A stretch of DNA of 64,000 nt from the human T2T-CHM13v2.0 reference genome, Homo sapiens, in the NCBI RefSeq assembly GCF_009914755.1, contig NC_060935.1. One strand, 5' to 3'. Shown one piece after another: positions 55,503 through 64,000 of the stretch. Below the pieces are notes generated by a model. That model searched no databases. It was not told the origin of the DNA and saw nothing but the letters and a program-made list of their open reading frames with translations. Position 1 is the stretch's first letter, and each line of letters begins with the position of its first letter. A program made the translations under genes and the position numbers.

Positions 55503-56930
55503 GCCGAAGGTCATTCAATGAATTTGTTACCGTCACTACATAATGGGTTGAGTGCAACGAAGAATGGCTGAGGCTGCAGCTGAGCTCAGTCTCATTCATG
55601 AGAGCCTGAGTCCTGGAGGCCCTGCCAGGAGTTGGGCCCTCCCTGTCTGCCTCCAGGCCTCAGTTTGGAGCGGTCCTCAGGTTTCTGGGTGCTTCACTTC
55701 ATTTGTACTTGGCCGAAGACAGTTTCCTGTTTCTAAGAAAAGACTGCTTGGATGTCTTTTGAGGGCCTTTGGACAGCAAATCCTGCTGGCCTGGGAGGGG
55801 CCGAGGGGCAGCACCAGGGGGAAGGGAAGCCACCAGGGAGGGCTTGTTCTCATTAACCCCTTCCAGCCCGAAGGTGTCCTGGAACTCACAGAGTGAGGCG
55901 ATTGCAAACGTTTGTCAGATTGGATGAAAAATGAAGACAAGTTTATGCTTGGGCCAAATATGCCTGAATTATTTGAAGAACATCTGGATTTGCTTAGCCT
56001 AAATGAAAAGATCTTACATGACAAGGACTACAGAAAGCGACCTGTGCGTCCAGCACCTTGGAGCATCCGGAGAGACCCTGCCCTTTCTCTGTCTCCCGCT
56101 ACAGCTCTCTCCAACTCTGCCTTTTCCTTCCAGCTTGGAGTCCCACAAATGGCTTTTCCAGTGATATCACACGCTGTTGCCATGGAGGCAGCTGTTATGG
56201 CCAAACAAAACTGTGTGACCTTCACCCTATGGCTTGCAACCTGTGGCAGAACATGGAAGGGAGTCACTCTGTGACCACAGGCCTCAGTGGAGCTCTCTGG
56301 GTACAAATACAAATGGAACTGCTGGGACACACTGTGGTGGGAACGGAGACCCTGTGACGGAGCTGGGAAACGCTTGGGAGGGTGGAGCAGCGCAGCCTCC
56401 TGCGGCGACAAGGCCATCCAGACCCTGATGTGAACAGCAGCTGCCTCTCCTCTGCCACTGCCAGTCCAGCCCCACCCACGCTGGACTCTGCTCCCCTCTC
56501 ATCCAGCTCTCTCCAAGCCTTGGTGAGCCACAATTAACAGCAATGCTGGCAGTGGCTTACACAAGCTTTTGATGGGAGAAACGCTATGCTGAAGGTTATG
56601 AAAGCAGGTTCTGGAACCCTAGCCACCTGGGTTCTAATCTGGGTTCCACGACTCAACAGCAGTGTGGCTTTACAAAAGCCACTCGGGATCCCTAAAGCCT
56701 CAGTGTCCCAATGTAAGACACGTCAGCCCTTGCAGGGTTATGATCATCCATTGAGATCATGTAGGTGGAATCCTCCTAACAGATCTTTCTGTGTTCACTC
56801 TTGCCAAAAAATGAATCTGATCATGTTGCTGCCCCATTGAAACCCTCCAACAGTTTCCCACCACCAGGAATAAGATCCTAACCATGGTCCACAAGCCACA
56901 CCCGCTGGCGGCCCATAAAACTCAACTCAT

Positions 56931-57240
56931 GGCTGGGCGGGGTGGCTCATGCCTGTAATCCCAGCACTTTGAAAGGCCAGGGCGGGCAGATCACAAGGTC
57001 AGGAGATCAAGGCCATCCTAGCTAACATGGTGAAACTCTGTCTCTACTAAAAATACAAAAAATTAGCCAGGAGTGGTGGCGCACGCCTGTAGTCTCAGCT
57101 ACTCAGGAGGCTGAGGCAGGAGAATCGCTTGAACTCAGGAGGCAGAGGTTGCAGTGAACTGAGATCACGCCATTGCACTCCAGCCTGGGCGACAGAGCAA
57201 GACTCCGTCTCAAAAACAAACAAACAAACAAACAAAAACA
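56931..57240 (+). mobile_element. Alu (AluSc8/Sc-like)
   Basis: Full dimer, (AAAC)n tail, perfect TSD aaaactcaactcat at 56917-56930 and 57241-57254. Confidence 0.95.
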
Positions 57241-57489
57241 AAAACTCAACTCATGCCCTGGTCCACTGGTGGATCTGCTCTGACCACCCACCCTGCCAGG
57301 CCCTCTCTCTGCCTTCCAGTGTGCTCTGTGCAGGAGTGTCAGCCTGCTCTTCTCTTCTCAGGGAGACCCCCACCCCCTATTGTCAAGTCTTCTGTCTCAG
57401 CACAAGTCACCTCCTCAGCAGGGAACCATGAATCTAAAGCTGCTGTGTTCCCCACCCCGGGACTCTCTAGCCCATTTTCTGTGTAGTAT

Positions 57490-58732
57490 TCTTTTTTCCT
57501 TTCTTTCTTTTTTATTATACTTTAAGTTCTAGGGTACATGTGCACAACATGCAGGTTTCTTACATATGTATACATGTGCCATATTGGTTTGCTGCACCCA
57601 TGAACTCGTCATTTACATTAGGTATTTCTCCTAATGCTATCCCTCCCCCAGCTCACCACCCCACGACAGGCCCCAGTGTGTGATGTTCCCCACCCTGTGT
57701 CCAAGCGTTCTCATTGTTGAGTTCCTACCTGTGAGTGAGAACATGCGGTGTTTGGTTTTCTGTCCTTGTGATAGTTTGCTGAGATTGATGGTTTCCAGCT
57801 TCATCCATGTCCCTGCAAAGGACATGAACTCATCATTTTTTATGGCTGCATAGTATTCTATGGTGTATATGTGCCACATTTTCTTAATTCCGTCTATCAT
57901 TGATGGACATTTGGGTTGGTTCCAAGTCTTTGCTATTGTGAACAGTGCTGCAATAAACATACATGTGCATGTGTCTTTATAGTAGCATGATTTATGATCT
58001 TTGGGATCACTGGGTCAAATGGTATTTCTAGTTCTAGATCCTTGAGGAATTGCCACACTGTCTTCCACAATGGTTGAAATAATTTACACTCCCACCAACA
58101 GCATAAAAGCGTTCCTATTTCTCTACATCCTCTCAAGCGTCTGTTGTTTCCTGACTTTTTAATGATCGCCATTCTAACTGGCATGAGATGGTATCTCATT
58201 GTGGTTTTGATTTGCATTTCTCTGATGACCAGTGATGGTGAGCATTTTTTCTTGTGTCTGTTGGCTGCATAAATGTCTTCTTTTGAGAAGCATCTGTTCA
58301 TATCCTTCGCCCACTTTTTGATGGGGTTGTTCGTTTTTTTCTTGTAAATTTGTTTGAGTTCATTGTAGATTCTGGATATTAGCCCTTTGTCAGATGAGTA
58401 GACTGCAAAATTTTCTCCCATTCTGTAGATTGCCTGTTCACTCTGATGGTAGTTTCTTTTGCTGTGCAGAAGTGCTTTAGTTTAATTAGATCCCATTTGT
58501 CTATTTTGGCTTTTGTCATCATTGCTTTTTGTATTAGTCATGAAGTCCTTGCCCGTGCCTATGTCCTGAATGGTATTGCCTAGGTTTTCTTCTAGGGTTT
58601 TTATGGTTTTAGGTCTAACATTTAAGTCTTTAATCCATCTTGAATTAATGTTTGTATCAGGTGTAAGGAAGGGATCCAGTTTCATCTTTCTACATATGGC
58701 TAGCCAGTTTTCCCAGCACCATTTATTAAATA
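57490..58732 (-). mobile_element. L1PA (L1PA6-like), 5'-truncated
   Basis: T-rich tail, 3'UTR, broken ORF2 C-terminus (ORFs 57637-57960, 57933-58421, 58482-58820); small deletion near 58000. Confidence 0.95.
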
Positions 58733-58737
58733 AGTGC

Positions 58738-59061
<324 letters not shown>

Positions 59062-59303
59062 TAAAATTATCTTAATTATTTTTGTGATTTTTTTGTCTGT
59101 CTCTCCCAGGAGTAAGTAGGTCCCAGGAGAGCAAAAATCTTGTTTCTTTCAGTTTCTAGAACAGTGTCTTGCACACAGTAGGCACCATATGTATATATAT
59201 GTTTTATTAAAGTATTTAATGTGGTATCTAGTAAATATTAGCTGCTTATGTTATTAAGTAATAACAATTAACGTATATTATTATTTAAAAACATACTACT
59301 ATG

Positions 59304-59757
59304 GTTTTTTGTTTGTTTGCTTTTTTTTTTTTAAGTTCTGGGATACATGTGCCGTACGTGCAGGTTTGTTACACAGGTATACATGTATCATGGTGGTTTG
59401 CTGCACCTATTAACCCATCCTCTAGGTTTGAAGCCCCACGTGCATTAGATATTTGGCCTAATGCTCTTGCTCCCCTTTCCCCTCACCCCCCGACAGGCCC
59501 TGGTGTGTGATGTTCCCCTCCCTGTGTCCATGTGTTCTCATCGTTCAACTCCCACTTATGAGTGATAATGTGCAGTGTTTGGTTTTCTGTTCCTATGTTA
59601 GTTTGCTGAGGATGATGGTTTCCAGCTTCATCCATGTCCCTGCAAATAATATGAACTCATTCTTTTTTATGGCTGCATAATATTCCACAGTGTGTATGTG
59701 CACATTTTCTTTATCCAGTCTATCATTGATGGGCATTTGGGTTGGTTCCAAGTCTTT
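59304..59757 (-). mobile_element. L1PA8-like 3' end
   Basis: aagttctgggatacatgtg...tctaggtttgaagccccacgtgcattag; degenerate TSD actactatggtttt / acaactttgtttt. Confidence 0.9.
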
Positions 59758-61139
59758 ACAACTTTGTTTTAGTAATAATAGTCACCTCTTACATGAGAAT
59801 AATTCCTTACCATTTACAGGACATTTTGAATCAAGTGAGATCATGATTCATGATATTACACTAGCCTATGAAATGGCCAGCATTATGATTTTTGCTTGGT
59901 AGATGGAGCTAGGGGAGACATGGCAGTATGCTGGACTGGAAACCAGGCCTCCAAGTGACCAGACCAGACTGGAGCTCTTTGAACCATCCATATTCTCTGC
60001 CTTCAATTCACATCATGTTTCAAACCAGGAAAAAAATATGCCCACCTCTTTAGGAGCCCCCTGGAGAATGATGGGAAATGGGGATTCCAGCCCCGTAGCA
60101 GGCTGTGGTGGGAGAGCCTGGTCATCTTCAAGCTTGAGTTCCTGACTGGTGTCATCTTGGCTGACACAGATTCCCTCCACTTCAGCTGCTTCATCTTCTG
60201 AAGATTCCTCCTCCCCGGGCCTCATTCAGTTTAAGGAGGTGGAAAAGATATGCAAATCAGACATGCTCCCAGAGAGCCCACTGTGAGCTCTGAGCCCTGA
60301 GAAAGAAAAGCTTGCCTAAAGGTCACAGCTGCAGAAAGAGGCTTTGGAGCCTACTCACCCACTCGTTTCCTTCTCCTCCCTCCAAAATGTCAACAGAGCT
60401 TTCCCCATCCACTTGGACTTACACAGCATTGGGGACAAAGGAAGAGAGGAAACCACAGATCTAAAGCCCATGTGTGGGTTGAGGGAATGGGACATCCCTC
60501 CTCCAAAGCACAGGATTTGTTAATAAGCACAGTCCAAATAAGGAGAATGGCAGGCCCTGCACAGGGATAGCTGACTATGAGCGGCCCCACTGGGCTCTCA
60601 AGGTACCATGAAGGATCCAGTTCCCCTCTGGCTGAGCTGTTTGATCCTAAGACATCCCTGTTGGTTGGCAGGGACCATTTTGTCACTGTTTTCTGTCATG
60701 CCTTGTTTTCTCATTCTTTCTGTCACATATTTCTAAGTGAGAGGGAAAGTTAAAGCCACGGAATCGCTTATCATCTCCTCCCTCTGCCTTTGGGTTTACT
60801 CAGAGAAAGTCATATCTTGACATTCCCAGGAGTATTACTATGCCTTTACCCATTTTCAGTAGTAATAATAACCAAGTTCCCTTTCCCATTTCCACCTACA
60901 TCCAGCCACTGAAATGGAATTAACAAGAGTACCAGAACTACATATATTGCCAGCAGTTATTCCTGGGAAGATGGAAGAAGAAAAGTCCTAAACATCCAAC
61001 TCCTGGGTACCTGCTTGCTTGAAACTCTAAACATCAGTCTTATTCGCTAGTTATGGAAGTAAAGATATGTTAGGTGATACTCTGAGAAAGCTGTGAGCTA
61101 AAAGTTGCCTTACATTGCAGAACTCTCAGTTTCCAGAGA

Positions 61140-61400
61140 AGCAGCAGACAACACAGATTATAGACTCTGCAGTCAACCAACCAGTCCTGTTAAGAACAAA
61201 CTCAGCCACTTAGTTACGTGAATTTGGACACGTTGTTTAATCACTCCCCATACTTGCCTCAGTTTTCTCATAAGCAAAATAGGCATATTGAGAGTACATT
61301 GCTCTTAACATTGTTGTGACAATGAAATGATATAATTTATGCAGAGTGAACAACACTATGCCTGACACATAGCAAGGGCTCTACAAATGTTAGATGTTGT
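61140..61400 (+). mobile_element. MIR
   Basis: gccacttagttacgtga...gcctcagttttctc...gcctgacacatag. Confidence 0.75.
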
Positions 61401-61639
61401 TGTTGTTACTATTATTCGGTATACTGGATAATACTGCCAGATTCAACATGTTTGTGCATTTCTCTCAAATTCGCGGTTGAAAGTATACAAAAAACAAAAT
61501 CAAAAAAATGTCTATTTCTCTTAGCCCTGTGGTGTCTCTGGCACAACTCGTTCTAAGAAAAGTTAGAGCTAGGTATGGTGAATTGTCCCAACAACAAAGC
61601 TTTCATCAAACAAAGCAGCAGGGAGATTCTCAAGTCTCC

Positions 61640-61892
61640 TTTTATTATTATTATTGTACTTTAAGTTTTAGGGTACATGTGCACAACGTGCAGGTTGGTT
61701 ACATATGTATACATGTGCCATGTTGGTGTGCTGCACCCATTAACTCATCATTTACATTAGGTATATCTCCTAATGCTATCCCTCCCCCCGCCCCACACCC
61801 CACGACAGGCCCCGGTGTGTGATGTTCCCCACTCTGTACCCAAGCATTCTCATTGTTCAATTCTCATGTGAGTGAGAACATGCGGTGTTTTT
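61640..61892 (-). mobile_element. L1PA4/5-like 3'UTR, ~250 bp
   Basis: actttaagttttagggtacatgtgcacaacgtgcagg...gagaacatgcggtgttt. Confidence 0.92.
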
Positions 61893-64000
61893 TAATGGGC
61901 TTTCCACCTTTGTCTGTAGCGGGGGCAATGTTATCTATTCAGTTCAGTTCAGACACACAAGTGGGCTCCCAACTTCCCTCAGGCTCCCATATTAGCCATT
62001 TTCCTCTTAGTGTGAATTCCACCAGAATATTATCATTCCCCCACTGTAGTAGTGTGGAAACACTTATACTCAGTGTCAAATGGAAATTTGGGAGCAGATG
62101 TGCAAGCACGAAGTTCTTCCAGGGAATTCTAAAAGACAAACAGGGAAGGCACTTGTATATGGGAACCTCAAGTGCTCGGTTGTCAAGTAGAGCCTCAATT
62201 CAAATCATCTCATTTGTTATTTTCATAAACCCTCAATGTTTTCTGGAAACTATATTTTCCAGGATGTTTCTCACACTTGGATGTAGCAAGGAAATCATTT
62301 TTTATATCATGTGAGTCTCAAATTTAGTCCATGAAATTGAGCAAATTCATTAATGGAAAGACCCTTGGACTGAGAATTTATTCTACTGTCACTAGAGGAC
62401 TTTAATGGGCTAAGAAAGAGAAGAAATTACAGATAATATCCAAAGCCCAGCACGATACCATAAAGGCCCCTCCCAGATGAGTCCAAGACCTCCAGAAAGA
62501 ACTACCAATGCCTGAAGTTCCAGTAAAAACCTCCCTCAAGAATGATCACATTCATAACAGAAAGTTATTACTACCATCATCCCTGGAGAATCTCAAAGCA
62601 AAATCTATTATCCTAATACAGCATCACTTGAATTATAAAGTCTGATGAAACCAGACTTGGAGGCTAAATGATGTACACAGAGTTGCGGCATCTATCAGGG
62701 AGCTCATCCTAGAACTTGATTGTCATAACAGGTTCATTGCAATTTTCGCTGCCTGTGGAACTTTGTGCCATAACCTGACTCTCCAACCAAATGTGAATGT
62801 AGCTTAATTAAATAGAAAGCAGCTTAAACTTAAAAGGCAATATTGGTATACAGAAGTGAAGTTTTACCATCTGTGCTGCAGAAGCTGTCTAGTAGATGAC
62901 ATTTCCTATTACCTGGTTCTTAGGATCTCACAGCCTCCTCTGCCTGGTGCAGCTCCCACTACAGCCAAGTCATTTAGGCATCCTCTCCCAGCCCCTGTTT
63001 CCTTTCCTGTGAAGTCTGTGGGTGGCAAGCGCAGAGCCCCGAGGCAGATATGGCATTTACGGAGACTTTATCATGGAAGCACAACAGCTTGTCCTCAGTG
63101 GAATACAGCAGGAGAACCCTCGAAGATCTGTCAGGCTTGGCCATTTAGAGGCTTGGACCCCTGACTCCTGCCAAGAGCAGTAAGGAAGCGTGGGGGCCAA
63201 CACCTGTGCACATACTCTCATGCCCTCACTCTCCACTCATTGTGCAGAGCAGAAACCAGACTCAGAAGTGCTCCAGGCCAGGCTTTCTTCACCAACCTTC
63301 ACCAGCCTCTGCTGGATTTGGCCGTTTGCAGTGAAAAATGAGCCTGAAAGCCCTGGAGGCTTCCTGGTGATTTACCGAGAATTTTACTTCCACATGGGCT
63401 TTCCAGCTGCAGCCAACCCCAAGAGGCAGAGGTAGGAAGAGGAAGAAAATCATAAATGGATAGTAAGATGAGAAACAGATGTTTGGAGGCTTCACTGGAA
63501 GGGAATTCTCCACCTCTACTCCCTTTCTTCGTGAGATGAGAAGGCTCGGGCCCTAATGAGCAGTTTCTCACTATACCTGCAATTCATCTCCTTCCCCCAC
63601 CACCAGCTCTCTCAAGTGTCACTTTTCAAGGGTCTTCCTGGTCCTGCCACATGGGCATCAACTTTGTTGGGTGATTTGTTTCTGGTTTTAGCCAAAATAA
63701 ATGAATGCTAGGTGCTCTGACCATAGACACATGTTAGACAATCTCCTGCCCTCAGGGTGCTCACCAGCCGGAATGAATAAGCAGGTGCAAGCGTCTGCCC
63801 CCTGACAGAGGCAAGGACTGGACCCTGAAAACCCACAGGAGGGGCAGCAAACCCAGCCTTGGCTCAAGGAGGCACTGGAGGGTCAAAGGAAAGCTCAGCT
63901 GAGTTGTAAAGATGTTAATCAATTGAAAATGGATAGAAGTCACTTTGGAGGTATTAACCTAGCAGGCTTCAAGAGAGTTGTATATTTATTCAGTGTAACA

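Noticed and set aside
55912-56274. 120-aa ORF with a protein-like N-terminus
   Set aside because: TTG start and no known domain; the EEHLDLLSLNEK part may be a CR1/L3 remnant.

Overview
Primate (human-like) non-coding genomic DNA: moderately AT-rich, CpG-depleted and densely covered by transposon fossils. I cannot support any intact protein-coding gene, tRNA, rRNA or CRISPR array, and I cannot name the locus. The ORF track is explained by L1/Alu fragments, microsatellites and chance. Repeat families were recognised by eye from recalled consensus sequences, so subfamily names and boundaries are approximate. They include Alu (J/S), four L1PA insertions (one with a twin-priming 5' inversion), L1MA/L1MB/HAL1, L2, L3/CR1, MIR, MaLR/ERVL LTRs (THE1, MLT1, MLT2), an ERV1-like internal segment and several DNA-transposon MITEs. 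The least obvious signals are: (i) a ~1.8 kb minus-strand fossil of an RTE/BovB-clade LINE reverse transcriptase at ~39.2-41.0 kb that the ORF track misses; (ii) a 90-nt near-perfect hairpin at 23,844-23,933; (iii) a 33-bp duplication that produces a cluster of three STAT GAS motifs; (iv) candidate non-coding exons and AG|GT recursive-splice-like motifs, plus an antisense L1 bias suggesting the window lies in a long + strand transcription unit; (v) an isolated ABC-ATPase-like peptide near 0.8-0.96 kb. I found no convincing new biological system; these are leads to test.
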